From contig JAUVXV010000001.1 in assembly GCA_030603365.1 (NCBI GenBank), positions 384,001 through 448,000 of the forward strand: 64,000 bases of DNA, read 5' to 3'. Under the pieces are notes generated by a model, which was given only the letters and a program-made list of their open reading frames with translations, did not search any database and had not been told where the DNA came from. The translations under genes were made by a program, and so were the position numbers. This stretch comes from Candidatus Heimdallarchaeota archaeon (lineage in GTDB: Archaea > Asgardarchaeota > Heimdallarchaeia > Heimdallarchaeales > Heimdallarchaeaceae). Shown in pieces: positions 49,814 to 59,887 of the stretch. Positions within the stretch are counted from its first letter, which is position 1; every line of letters begins with the position of its first letter.

Positions 49814-49980
49814 TTTTTATCTCTCGTTTAGTTATTCTTCCTTAATCATCTGTGGGATTCTTGAAATTTAAGATTACTGGAAGTATTCGATTTAGACTAT
49901 AACTTTCATTGCAAAGTTTTATATAAAGTTGAAAATACTTTGGTTACTGTCATCGAGAAACAACTTGAGGGTCTTATAGT

Positions 49981-51429
49981 ATGCTTACAAATAGACAAAA
50001 GATTTACTATGCTATCTGTCGATTTGGTTCTACGATTTTACTAAATGTGGTTTTTATAGCTACTTTCTGGATGTATACAAACCAAGTTGAGTTGGACCCT
50101 ATTCTCAATGGTGTAGGTAACGCAGTAGGAAAACTGGTAATTGGAATTTCTTCACTACTCTTTGGTTATTTATCAGATTCTCTTTCCTCCTCTAAAGCTA
50201 GAATGGGGAGGAGAAAGTTATTTATTTGGACAGGGGCACCAGCACTAGCACTATCATTTGTTATGCTTTTTACTCCTCAACTCTTCATCCCAGCAAGTAG
50301 TCAAACAATAAAATTCGTTTGGTTATTAGTTTGGAATGCCTTATTTCATTTATTTTATGGCTATCTGCTAATACCTTTTCAAAGCTGGATGCCGGAAATA
50401 ACAAATGAAGAGGAAAGAGTACAAGTCTCAGGTTTGCAGAATTCAGTAAATCTAGTAGGTAGTGCAGTAGGTTCAGGTTTTGTTCTGATTATGTCTGGTT
50501 TCATAAAAGATGATCCACAAGGAATTTATGGTCCTGCAGGAACTTATCTTCTGGTTTTTGCTCTAATCTTTGCAGTAATAGAGATGATATTCTTCTTACC
50601 TGCTTTGCTGAAAATTAAAGAAAAGAAAGTTGTACACGAACGCAGACAACTATTTAGTGAAATTAAAGTTGCTCTAAGAAATCGTAATTACATGATTTGG
50701 GTAGGTGGTTTTACAGTATTAAATGTTGGAGTAACCTTGCTAACGGCTCTGATGATAGACTTTATAGAACAGGTTTTAGGTGTGGTTAGTGCATTACAAA
50801 AATTTCTCTTTGGAACAATTATGTTTTTAGTTGTAATTATTAGTTTCTTTTTCTGGTCACGATTTTCTAAACGATTTGGAAAGAAATGGTCTCTTATATT
50901 TTCCTTTTCATTCCTATTGTTTTGGATGCCTCTAACACCTTTAGTAGGTAAAATACCAGTTATCCCTCCAGTGGTCCAAGGCTATGTTTTTGGAGTAATA
51001 GCTTTATTTGGAATGTCATCAGCTTATCTTTTTCCATATGCAATTTTGGCTGATTTTGCTGACGAAGATGAAAGAAAAACAGCTGAAAATCGATCTGGTA
51101 TGTATACAGGATTCAAGAGTTTACCATTCAATATAGCTCAAGCAACTGGATTCATACTCGCTGGATTTATGAGGAGTTGGTCAATAGAAAAAATGTTTGG
51201 TTATGTGGGTATTGGAGTTGTGAGTAACAGGATTACTGGTATAAGTGATAGCACTACCCCCCTAGGACTTATTTGGTTAGGACCTATAGTAACTATATTC
51301 TTAGCTTTATCTATTCCTATCCTTTGGCAAGGTGATTTTGATCCTTTCCTCAAAGATGAAAGAGTAAAGAAAACTTCAATTTTCAAACAAATATTCAATA
51401 GAAATAAAGTAAATAAAAGTGAAGATTAG
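49981..51429 (+). CDS. MFS transporter, GPH/MelB-like
   Basis: GYLSD......GRRK, PF.SW.PEIT..EER, LAD.ADEDE..T.E.R.GMYTG. Confidence 0.9.
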   Translation: MLTNRQKIYYAICRFGSTILLNVVFIATFWMYTNQVELDPILNGVGNAVGKLVIGISSLLFGYLSDSLSSSKARMGRRKLFIWTGAPALALSFVMLFTPQLFIPASSQTIKFVWLLVWNALFHLFYGYLLIPFQSWMPEITNEEERVQVSGLQNSVNLVGSAVGSGFVLIMSGFIKDDPQGIYGPAGTYLLVFALIFAVIEMIFFLPALLKIKEKKVVHERRQLFSEIKVALRNRNYMIWVGGFTVLNVGVTLLTALMIDFIEQVLGVVSALQKFLFGTIMFLVVIISFFFWSRFSKRFGKKWSLIFSFSFLLFWMPLTPLVGKIPVIPPVVQGYVFGVIALFGMSSAYLFPYAILADFADEDERKTAENRSGMYTGFKSLPFNIAQATGFILAGFMRSWSIEKMFGYVGIGVVSNRITGISDSTTPLGLIWLGPIVTIFLALSIPILWQGDFDPFLKDERVKKTSIFKQIFNRNKVNKSED

Positions 51430-51548
51430 TAGTTAAACACACCATATCTTGCTGCTTGAGTTAGTTGGGTTGTTCTGCTTAACTCATTTGCTAACCTTTG
51501 ATTTAGTCTGTAGTTTTTTTGTTTTTCAGTTTTGATTTTTATTGCCAT
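51426..51548 (-). CDS. Small basic 40-aa protein absent from the ORF track
   Basis: MAIKIKTEKQKNYRLNQRLANELSRTTQLTQAARYGVFNY*; AGGTG about 9 nt upstream and CTTAATAA TATA-like box further upstream. Confidence 0.5.
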   Translation of the reverse strand: MAIKIKTEKQKNYRLNQRLANELSRTTQLTQAARYGVFNY

Positions 51549-51773
51549 TTTTTTTGCACCTATGATTACATAGAAACATCGTTTATTAAGCATTTATTTA
51601 ATTAATTCGAACAACAGTTAAACTAAAGAGTCAAAACACGAAACCAGATTTTAGAATCAATAAGTAAGAGAATTAAGATAATAATATGAGAAGTTCATGT
51701 TTTAAACCGAATGGTTAAAGCTTGAAAAATGGACAGCACGCAAAGTTTAAGACAGAAATAAAGAAGTCAACTT

Positions 51774-52580
51774 ATGAAAGAATGGTCCCTGATTTCTTGG
51801 AATGTGAATGGGATTCGAGCTGTTTCAAAGAAAGAAGTTAGTGAAAATCTGAAATTCAATGAATGGATGAACAAAACTTCCCCTGATATATTATGTATTC
51901 AAGAAACTAAAGCTCACCCTGAGCAATTAACTGGCAAGTTATTGAATCCTCAAGGATATCTAAGCAATTGGTCTTCAGCTGAAAGAAAAGGGTACAGTGG
52001 TGTCGTAACCTATTCAAAGACTAAACCAATAGAAATAAACACAAAACTAGCTGATGAGAGGTTTAACAATGAGGGGAGATTGATGGAAACTGAGTTTTCT
52101 GATTTTGTTTTATTGAATGTCTACTTTCCAAATGGAAAATTGAATGCTGAAAGACTTAAGTATAAAATGGGATTTTACGATGTTTTTTTGGAGCATGTAG
52201 TCAATTTAAGAAATCAAGGAAAATCAGTTATTATCTGTGGTGATGTCAATACTGCTCATACTGAGATTGATTTAACTCATCCTAAATCCAACGAAGATGT
52301 TTCTGGTTTTCTACCTAAAGAACGTAAATGGATAGACAAATTGATTTCCATAGGTTTTGTAGACATGTTTAGACATTTCAACAAAGAGCCACAATACTAT
52401 ACCTGGTGGTCCATGAGGAATATAGTCAAAGGTGTTACGGCAAGAGAAAGAAACGTAGGCTGGAGGATAGATTACTTCTATGTCTCAGATGATCTAATTG
52501 ATAAAGTATCTGAGTCCTATATGCTTAAGGATGTAATGGGTTCAGATCATTGTCCAATCGTACTCAAATTGAAAGTCTAA
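51774..52580 (+). CDS. xth: Exodeoxyribonuclease III / AP endonuclease
   Basis: SWNVNGIRA, LCIQETK, GYSGV, EGR, GDVNTAH, GWRIDYF, GSDHCP. Confidence 0.96.
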   Translation: MKEWSLISWNVNGIRAVSKKEVSENLKFNEWMNKTSPDILCIQETKAHPEQLTGKLLNPQGYLSNWSSAERKGYSGVVTYSKTKPIEINTKLADERFNNEGRLMETEFSDFVLLNVYFPNGKLNAERLKYKMGFYDVFLEHVVNLRNQGKSVIICGDVNTAHTEIDLTHPKSNEDVSGFLPKERKWIDKLISIGFVDMFRHFNKEPQYYTWWSMRNIVKGVTARERNVGWRIDYFYVSDDLIDKVSESYMLKDVMGSDHCPIVLKLKV

Positions 52581-52648
52581 GAGCTGAATTGTCTGTTTAT
52601 TAGGACATGGTTCACAACACTTATTTTTGTTTATCTTTTTTTTTTGCT

Positions 52649-53434
52649 ATGTTCGAAATAGTGAAGTTAGAAGACATCGACATTCAGAAATTTTGGGACT
52701 ATGTCCTCAAAGATATCCCTGGGTATTTCTTCTTCATACTTGATCAAAAACAATATCCAGAGAGTAGTCAATTCTTGATTGCTTTAGAAGAAGAAAATAT
52801 AGTGGGAATATGTCTAATTTGGAAAAAGAGCATTGTACATGTCCGTAGTCATGATGAGGAAATTGTGAAAGCTCTATATGATGCAGTACCAAAAGATCTT
52901 ACGATTACACAAATTAATTTTCCAATTCAACATAAAGAACTATTACATAGCTTAGTTCCAAAACCAAAACACAAAATCTCAATACACAGAATGTTACTAA
53001 AAAAAGAGAACATGATTCCTAGATTTCAATTAGATAAACCTTTTACTCAAAGAGCTTTAACTAAAGAAGATGCTGAAGAGATTGCTAGACTTTGTGCGAA
53101 AGCTGAACCAGTTTTTTGGGGTAAAATGAAGGCTGAAAATTTCGTTTTTGATGAAAATCAGATATATACAGGTTTACTTGATGGTAAGAAACTTATATCT
53201 TTCACATTGGCATGGATTGACGAAGCTGCAGCCATAATATCAACAGCAGCAACACTTCCTGAGTACCAAAATCAAGGATTAGCAACATATCTAGTTAATG
53301 AAAGTATTCATAGGATGATGGAGAATACTGAAATCGCTATTATACATGTTGTTACAGATAATGCCCCTGCAATCAAGGTATATTCTAAAGTAGGGTATGA
53401 AGTTTATGCAACTTATGAAATGGTAGGAATTTGA
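52649..53434 (+). CDS. GNAT-family N-acetyltransferase
   Basis: ATLPEYQNQGLA, N.PAI.VY.KVGY. Confidence 0.88.
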   Translation: MFEIVKLEDIDIQKFWDYVLKDIPGYFFFILDQKQYPESSQFLIALEEENIVGICLIWKKSIVHVRSHDEEIVKALYDAVPKDLTITQINFPIQHKELLHSLVPKPKHKISIHRMLLKKENMIPRFQLDKPFTQRALTKEDAEEIARLCAKAEPVFWGKMKAENFVFDENQIYTGLLDGKKLISFTLAWIDEAAAIISTAATLPEYQNQGLATYLVNESIHRMMENTEIAIIHVVTDNAPAIKVYSKVGYEVYATYEMVGI

Positions 53435-53474
53435 GATAGTTGATTATCTTAAAAAATAAAGTGATTAGTAAAAA

Positions 53475-54743
53475 CTAGTTGGTTGATTTCTTTTTTGTTT
53501 TAATCATCAGGAAATCAGGAAGTGTATCATTATCCATATAAGCTTGCCTTGGGTATTTCTCCACTATCTCTTTAGATGCTTTGGGTTCACTCATCTCTAT
53601 TATTTCTAAATCATTCTTAACTAGCTCATTTACATAATTGCTTATTGGTCTAGGAAATGCAAGTGATGGTGTTTCCCATCCAAATGGAAGTAAAGTTGGT
53701 CTTTCATCGAAATAATCCAAAGCAATTTTGCGTTTATCTTCATTTCTTTGACTATCAGGAGGAACTCGCATAGACGTAGTTGCAGGCCAAGCAAATGCAG
53801 GATGTGTGATGCTAAAAACAAAGATACCCTCTTCTTTCAAAACATGAGAGATGTTTTTGATTGTAGTTTTATAATCAGCGATATCCATTAGAGCCATATT
53901 ACATATGACCTTGTCAAAAATAGCTGTTTCGAATTCATTCGATAATTCTTCAGCACTCATCTTCAAGTATTGAATTCCTAACTTATCTTCATGTTCACTT
54001 TCCATTGCTCTATCAATCATTTTTGAAATATCGATTCCTGTCACTTTTGCTCCATGCTTGGCCAGATATCTAGCAACAGTTCCCTCACCACAAGCTACAT
54101 CTAGAATGATTTCATCCTTTTGGGTATCAAGCAGGCGATATACTTCGGGTAATATTAAGTTGGTATGATGATATTCTCCCTCTGCTTCAGGAGATATCCA
54201 GAACTGTGCCATTTTATCCCAAGTAGACTTTGGAGTATAATCATCTAAAGAGTCTAGTCTAGTGTGCTTGGGTGCTTTTCCTAGAGCAAGTATTCTTTCT
54301 GATCCCCAAGATCTGTGAGGGAATTCTTGAGACTTTAATTCTTCTTTATAGATGGGCATCCAGATAACAACATCCTCCTTTGGAATAAGATCACCAATTT
54401 GAAAAGGGTGTTGACCATCATATTCTGCAAAATCTAAAGCAGGATTGGGTGAATTACATTTATGACAAGGAATATTGTAATAGTAATCGTAAATGAGAAA
54501 TTCTTTTCTTACCATTTTTTCTTCTACACAACGGAGACATGTGAACACTTTACAGTCAGAACACCATGCAATTCCATTAAAATGTGTCTCTTTACCACAT
54601 TTACTACATTCATACTGCCAATGTAGAAAACAACGAGGTGTAAAAGATTCCTTTTCATGATAAGCGAAATTTTGTGGGTAATCAGTAGCAATTTTAGCAT
54701 ATTCAGAACAATAGAAACATGTGACATACTCTGAAGATGTCAT
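53475..54743 (-). CDS. Class I SAM methyltransferase fused to N-terminal multi-Cys/His domain
   Basis: ILDVACGEG, GIDIS, FVFSITHP; N-terminal CFYC, CFLH, CSKC, CSDC, CLRC, CHKC. Confidence 0.87.
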   Translation of the reverse strand: MTSSEYVTCFYCSEYAKIATDYPQNFAYHEKESFTPRCFLHWQYECSKCGKETHFNGIAWCSDCKVFTCLRCVEEKMVRKEFLIYDYYYNIPCHKCNSPNPALDFAEYDGQHPFQIGDLIPKEDVVIWMPIYKEELKSQEFPHRSWGSERILALGKAPKHTRLDSLDDYTPKSTWDKMAQFWISPEAEGEYHHTNLILPEVYRLLDTQKDEIILDVACGEGTVARYLAKHGAKVTGIDISKMIDRAMESEHEDKLGIQYLKMSAEELSNEFETAIFDKVICNMALMDIADYKTTIKNISHVLKEEGIFVFSITHPAFAWPATTSMRVPPDSQRNEDKRKIALDYFDERPTLLPFGWETPSLAFPRPISNYVNELVKNDLEIIEMSEPKASKEIVEKYPRQAYMDNDTLPDFLMIKTKKKSTN

Positions 54744-54778
54744 AATAGAGATAAAGATGAAGAGTATAAAAAAATACT

Positions 54779-55128
54779 CTATCGTTTCTTCTTAGTGTCT
54801 TTGTGGTGCAAAATAGAAATTATGAACAGTAAGCTTCCAAAGCCAGATAAAGACCAGAATCCTGATGTTTCATTAGAATATCTGTCAAAATACTCTGGCA
54901 TGTATTCGATGTAAATAAAAGGCACCATCATTTCCTCAACTTCCACCCATGACCAAAGATAGCTTTGACCATTACTTATTTCTGTAACTGTGAGATTTGC
55001 ATAACCTTCTTCAGTAAAATTTGTGAAATAGGTTGGTTGTTCTCCAAGAACTCTGTAATCGAACCATTCCAAGCTCTAGCAGTTCCAACATTATATGTTA
55101 TATACAAACCACTATTATCTCTCACCTA
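54779..55128 (-). pseudogene. Truncated, frameshifted third paralogue of the upstream surface-protein family
   Basis: One frame gives YNVGTARAWNGSIT, the other continues RVLGEQP...GQSYLW.W plus TM; no N-terminus. Confidence 0.75.
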
Positions 55129-55140
55129 ATCAAGATCAGT

Positions 55141-56055
55141 TTAAAGCTTAAATCTAAATTTCCTTAAAATTAAGGAAAATACTAACATTCCTAATAAAGA
55201 AAAGAAATATTCAAAGTAAAGAGTTGTCGGAGTAGTATTAGGCGTTGTCGGAGTAGTATTAGGAGTTGTAGTGTACTCCTCTGTTCTTTGGAAATCATAA
55301 CCTACTCCTACATGATTGTACTGTTCAAATTGAGATTCAGTCCAAAATTTCCATTTATAGCTCTTACCGTTTTCAATATCTGTGATAATCGGCATATTTG
55401 GATTTGTATCATTTATTTCTGGATAATAGAAATGTGGTTCTATTTCATAGACTCTGAATTCAACAATTTCTGTAGTTACACCATCCCATGCTCTAGCAGT
55501 TCCTATATCGTAAGTGAAGTATGTATAGGTTCCTGAAAATGAGACTGAAGAATATGAATATCTTACTGTTGTGTTTGAATACCCTTCACAAGTAACATTG
55601 CACAGTGCAAAAAGTCTATATCCACTCAGTCCAGAGTCGAAATATTCTTCATACCAAGAAGCATATGGTTCATCGTTTGAATTTGGCCAGAATAATTCAA
55701 ATCCTGTTTCTAATCCATTTACTTCAACACTAAAATTCCATTGTATGTAATCATCCATAGATACGAAAGGAGCTGCTAGAATAATTTCGGTTGTATTATC
55801 TGGGTTGTATAGTGTATAGTTTCCATCAAAAACAACCAATTGTTCATGATAATAACCATATGACCAATTTATGTCCATTAACACATTTGCCTCTATCATC
55901 TGAAGATTAGTATCGTTCACCGGTAGAAATCCACCTGAAGAAACTTGAATAATTGAAATTGGATTGCCTACTAAAAATACATTTATTGGAAGAAAAAACA
56001 CAGAACCTAATAATATAAAAACAAAAAAAGCGAAATTTTTCTTTGACAGAGACAA
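55141..56055 (-). CDS. Secreted surface protein with C-terminal TM anchor (paralogue 2)
   Basis: Signal peptide, SGG.LP.NDT.LQM.EANV, FDGNYT.YNP, YDIGTARAW, T/P linker, TM and basic end. Confidence 0.8.
   Translation of the reverse strand: MSLSKKNFAFFVFILLGSVFFLPINVFLVGNPISIIQVSSGGFLPVNDTNLQMIEANVLMDINWSYGYYHEQLVVFDGNYTLYNPDNTTEIILAAPFVSMDDYIQWNFSVEVNGLETGFELFWPNSNDEPYASWYEEYFDSGLSGYRLFALCNVTCEGYSNTTVRYSYSSVSFSGTYTYFTYDIGTARAWDGVTTEIVEFRVYEIEPHFYYPEINDTNPNMPIITDIENGKSYKWKFWTESQFEQYNHVGVGYDFQRTEEYTTTPNTTPTTPNTTPTTLYFEYFFSLLGMLVFSLILRKFRFKL
55223..55264. repeat. 21-bp tandem duplication encoding the TPNTTPT linker
   Basis: gttgtcggagtagtattagg(c/a) occurs twice in tandem. Confidence 0.9.
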
Positions 56056-56204
56056 TTTTATCGCATAACAATTGTATTCTCAATATTTATATTTTTACTT
56101 TAATGAAGAACCGGTATTTGTTAACTTCTGTTTCTTGTATGTTGAAGCCAGCTTCCTCGAGATACTCCTTGTATATATCTTCATTCTGTTTGGTTCCTCT
56201 AACT

Positions 56205-57098
56205 TCATATCTTGTGTTGAATTACTCTTTTTCTTTTGTATAATGTAGAAATTAAAACCAAAGATGATAAACCTATCATCAAACCTTCATTGGATACTAA
56301 CCACAAATCACTAGATATGTAACTTATCTCAATACATTTTTCTTTGATTCTCTCATTTTCCCAAATCCATGAATATTCAAAACCATTTTGAATCTGTTCA
56401 ATAATAGGTTCTTTGTTAATCCAATGAGTTTCATTAAAACTATAACATGAAAAATCATGAGGTTGTTTACCGTAAATTGAAAATACCACAGTTTCAGTAA
56501 TGTTTCCATTCCATGCTGCAGCGGTACCAACATCATACACGAAAGCATAGATGTTCTTGTTTCTATCCATTTTAAGTGTGATAGTATCAAAACTGTATCT
56601 AATTGTTGTATTTGAATATCCTGTGAAAGTGATATTGCATATTGCAAAAAACCTCTCATAATATATGCTTGAACCAAAGTAATCCTCCCACTGAGTAAAG
56701 TTAAGACTTTCATCAAAAATGTTAACTATTGTATAATTTAACAGAGTGTTTTCCACTTCAATTTTCAATGAATCGGCTATGTCATCAGAAAATGAGAAGA
56801 AAGGTGCCCCTATAAATGTCTCAATTGTAATATTAGGATTGTAAATTGTATAGTTCCCATCAAATAAGATTCTGAACTCTCCTTTTTCTCCGTAAGTTTC
56901 ATCAATATCAAATCTTACATTAGCTTCAACCATTTGAAGATAAGTATCGTTTATTGGTAGTAATCCTCCTGATGCATCAAAGCCTACTTCAACTGCATTA
57001 CCAGAACAGAGTGTGTCATGATTTATCATCAAAGATATGGTTAACAAAGATATAAGAACGACTTGAAGAAATAACTTCTTGGATTTCAGTACAACCAT
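56205..57098 (-). CDS. Secreted surface protein with C-terminal TM anchor (paralogue 1)
   Basis: Same motifs as 55141-56055: SGGLLPINDT.LQMVEANV, FDGNYTIYNP, YDVGTAAAW. Confidence 0.8.
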   Translation of the reverse strand: MVVLKSKKLFLQVVLISLLTISLMINHDTLCSGNAVEVGFDASGGLLPINDTYLQMVEANVRFDIDETYGEKGEFRILFDGNYTIYNPNITIETFIGAPFFSFSDDIADSLKIEVENTLLNYTIVNIFDESLNFTQWEDYFGSSIYYERFFAICNITFTGYSNTTIRYSFDTITLKMDRNKNIYAFVYDVGTAAAWNGNITETVVFSIYGKQPHDFSCYSFNETHWINKEPIIEQIQNGFEYSWIWENERIKEKCIEISYISSDLWLVSNEGLMIGLSSLVLISTLYKRKRVIQHKI

Positions 57099-57287
57099 TG
57101 TTGCAGATACGTTCTCTTAATATCTTATTACTTTTTCGCAGGACCGTAATATTCATACGGAAAAATATGTTTTCATTATTCTGCAAAGGAAGGGACCTTT
57201 TTGGATGGGACACTATGCAAGAACATCCTACCTTCTCGGCAGTGGAAATGACCTGCTCTTCCAATGGAGTATTTTGAACTAAAAAAA

Positions 57288-57968
57288 TTACCTATCTACT
57301 ATTCCTACTCCTCTGATTCCTCTTTTAGCAATCCAATCAATAATCATCTCCCTAAGTTCTTGGAGACCTTCTAAAGTTGCACATGAGGTATTCAAACTTT
57401 TAATGTGATTGATATCAATAGGAAGCGCATGATCGTTAACATACTCGAGTATTGTTGAGGTTACATTTGCAATATTTTTCTCATCAGGTTTATCTAAATC
57501 AACTTTATTGGAAATAAGAACAACCAATGTATCTTCATAAATCCATTCTTTTGCTATAGCAAACCTTAACCAAATCTCAAGAGATTCAAGCGTACTAAAT
57601 CGAGTAACATCATATATCAATAAGAGCACTGAAACCCTTAACAAAGCTGGAAAGCAGTCAAAAACCGATAATATCTCATCAAAAGTTGTACTTTTATCAG
57701 ATATCTTCTGTCTTTGTCCTGGAAAAACATAAAACTGAAGAGTAGTAGTTATGGGTAAGTCGTCTACTTCTACTTTTTCACTGCAGAACTCTAATTCTAT
57801 GTTATATGATTTCTTTGTTTTAAGTAGAATTTCTTTAAGCTCTTCATCTGACACGTTTGGATTGATGATTAATCTAGAAAGTACGGATTTCCCAGTAAAC
57901 CCATCACCTAGAGGGATAACTGATCCAGTAGCATAGTGCTTAATTTCATCTGCCATAGAATTCAACAA
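57288..57968 (-). CDS. Ras-superfamily (Rab-like) small GTPase with atypical G3
   Basis: G1 GDGFTGKS, G3-like YVFPGQ, LLIYDVT...T...L..W, G4 NKVD, G5 TSC. Confidence 0.82.
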   Translation of the reverse strand: MLNSMADEIKHYATGSVIPLGDGFTGKSVLSRLIINPNVSDEELKEILLKTKKSYNIELEFCSEKVEVDDLPITTTLQFYVFPGQRQKISDKSTTFDEILSVFDCFPALLRVSVLLLIYDVTRFSTLESLEIWLRFAIAKEWIYEDTLVVLISNKVDLDKPDEKNIANVTSTILEYVNDHALPIDINHIKSLNTSCATLEGLQELREMIIDWIAKRGIRGVGIVDR

Positions 57969-58053
57969 TGTTCATTGTAATGTAGACTTAATCAAAGAAC
58001 ACATTGTATCAATCAAATAAAATTCTTTGCAAAGTAGCAACCAATAGAATCTT

Positions 58054-58299
58054 TCAGAGTAATTCCTTTATTTTATCAATCCCAAGAATTCTTCCTTCGA
58101 TTACGACTTTACCATCTATTCGTAATGCTGGTGTCATAAAGACATCTAAGTCTGCGAATCTGGTTATATCAGTAAAATGTTCAACTTCATATTCTTCTGT
58201 TTTACTAGCTTCTTCAACAGCTTTATTAGCTATTTCGTACTGTTTTTCACATTTACTGCATCCTTTTCCAACTACTTGTATCAATTTCTTTTCTGTCAT
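58054..58299 (-). CDS. Small thioredoxin-like protein (MTH895/ArsE type)
   Basis: G.GCSKC, V.MTPAL.IDG.V...GR. Confidence 0.88.
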   Translation of the reverse strand: MTEKKLIQVVGKGCSKCEKQYEIANKAVEEASKTEEYEVEHFTDITRFADLDVFMTPALRIDGKVVIEGRILGIDKIKELL

Positions 58300-58314
58300 A
58301 ATTTCACCTTCTGT

Positions 58315-59766
58315 TTATACAAACGTTATCGGTTCATGAGAGACTATTAACCCAAAGAGCAATCCTGCTAATACTGTAAATATTATAACTAGAAGGATAT
58401 ACACAAGATTTTTTTTATCTCCTATAAATTTACGTGTAACTAAAATACTCTGAATGGATAATTCAGGATCTGCCAATAAATAAGCAAGCAGTACTCCTCT
58501 AGCCATACCCAAATCTAGGAACATCTGTGCAATTGGTACTTCCATTAAGGTTGGAAAATATGCTATTACACCAAATGTAACACCTGCAAGATTAGCTACT
58601 ACTGTGTTTCTACCTGCTATATTTTGAATAAATTCAGGAGGAATAAGTTGCCTTAACATACCAGCTAGAAAAACTCCCAGAATTAGATATGGAAAAATTT
58701 TCTTAACAAAAATCCATGTTTCTTTCATCCACTCTTTGCTATCTTCCTTGTCAAACTTCTTAATAGCATAGATGACAATTACTCCTGCTACTATAAGTGA
58801 AAGAACTGTCTTTATACCCATGTTCGCTAAGTCTATTCTGAAAGCTTCAGATGCAAAATATTCTAAAGTACCTACCAATTCAGCTCCTCCTCCTGAACTT
58901 AAGAACTGACTGATATCTATAGAAATCCAGTAATGTATGGTACTTATAAATCTAGGTCCTCCTTTTGCGATTGAGAAGTAACTGATTTGTGATGTACCAG
59001 TAAAGAGTAGATATATTAATCCCAGAAAGATATTTGTTTTTGCATTTTGAATTATTAAACAACACACGATTAAGAGTAGTAATCCTGTTCCCCAGATAAT
59101 TGTTTGAATTAACGCTGGATTCTTAACTCCAATTGACTGTAAGTTGTTTCTATTTAGAAAAGCTATAAGCACTCCGATAATAAGAACTAAACTTGCTACA
59201 AATCCTTTCAAAATATCCATAGCTTCTATTTCTCTTCTTTCATTAATCTCGGGATTTTGATTTTCTTCTTTTACTTCTTTTCCATTCTCTTCTAAATTCT
59301 CTTCTTTGTTTTTCCTATCTCGAAAGATTAGATCCATCAATAATCCAATAACCACTGCAAATACTAAAGCAAGAATAGCTCTAGCTATTGCAACATCCAT
59401 ACCTATCAAGGTACCTGTGTAAGTTATTGCTAGAATATTAACTGCTGGTGCTGAAAATAAGAATGTCATGGCAGGCCCAAGTCCAGCACCCTTCTTCTTA
59501 ATTCCAGCGAAAAGTGGTAAAACTGTACATGAACATACTGCTAGTAAAAAGCCTGAAATTGCTGCAACTGGATATGCAATAATTTTCTTGGAATCCTTAC
59601 CCATGTATTTAATAATCAAATCTTTTGGAACAAAAACGATCATGGCCCCTGCAATAAAGAATGCGGGAATCAAACATAGTAACACATGTAGTGATAGATA
59701 GTCTGCGAGAGCTAAGACTCCCCCTAAAAGTACTTCGCCTGCTTTTATCCAAAACCAATGCACCAT
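58315..59766 (-). CDS. ArsP/DUF318 family permease
   Basis: HVLLCLIPAFFIAG, AVCSCTVLPLF, FLFSAPA.N, YFPTLMEVP. Confidence 0.9.
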   Translation of the reverse strand: MVHWFWIKAGEVLLGGVLALADYLSLHVLLCLIPAFFIAGAMIVFVPKDLIIKYMGKDSKKIIAYPVAAISGFLLAVCSCTVLPLFAGIKKKGAGLGPAMTFLFSAPAVNILAITYTGTLIGMDVAIARAILALVFAVVIGLLMDLIFRDRKNKEENLEENGKEVKEENQNPEINERREIEAMDILKGFVASLVLIIGVLIAFLNRNNLQSIGVKNPALIQTIIWGTGLLLLIVCCLIIQNAKTNIFLGLIYLLFTGTSQISYFSIAKGGPRFISTIHYWISIDISQFLSSGGGAELVGTLEYFASEAFRIDLANMGIKTVLSLIVAGVIVIYAIKKFDKEDSKEWMKETWIFVKKIFPYLILGVFLAGMLRQLIPPEFIQNIAGRNTVVANLAGVTFGVIAYFPTLMEVPIAQMFLDLGMARGVLLAYLLADPELSIQSILVTRKFIGDKKNLVYILLVIIFTVLAGLLFGLIVSHEPITFV

Positions 59767-59783
59767 TATTTCACCGACAGTTC

Positions 59784-59808
59784 ATATCGAAATTATTCGA
59801 TATATAAA
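59784..59808. promoter_or_regulatory. ArsR-type operator (ATATCGAA-N4-TTCGATAT) overlapping the TATA box of the permease gene
   Basis: Perfect 8-4-8 inverted repeat at 59784-59803; minus-strand TTTATATA at 59801-59808; GGTGA RBS at 59771-59775. Confidence 0.7.
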
Positions 59809-59887
59809 TATGATGGTTGCAATGCTTGAAATTTATAAAGAATGAGGTTTTGATAGAAACTTTTATGTTTAGTAATTAGAATTATTT

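Noticed and set aside
57016-57264. 82-aa ORF and slightly GC-richer spacer upstream of the surface-protein array
   Set aside because: No recognisable motif, overlaps the next gene, and no convincing RNA fold; may be a decayed remnant but I cannot support a call.
58054-59766. Selenocysteine recoding in the redox or permease genes
   Set aside because: All relevant motifs use Cys codons and no in-frame TGA was seen.
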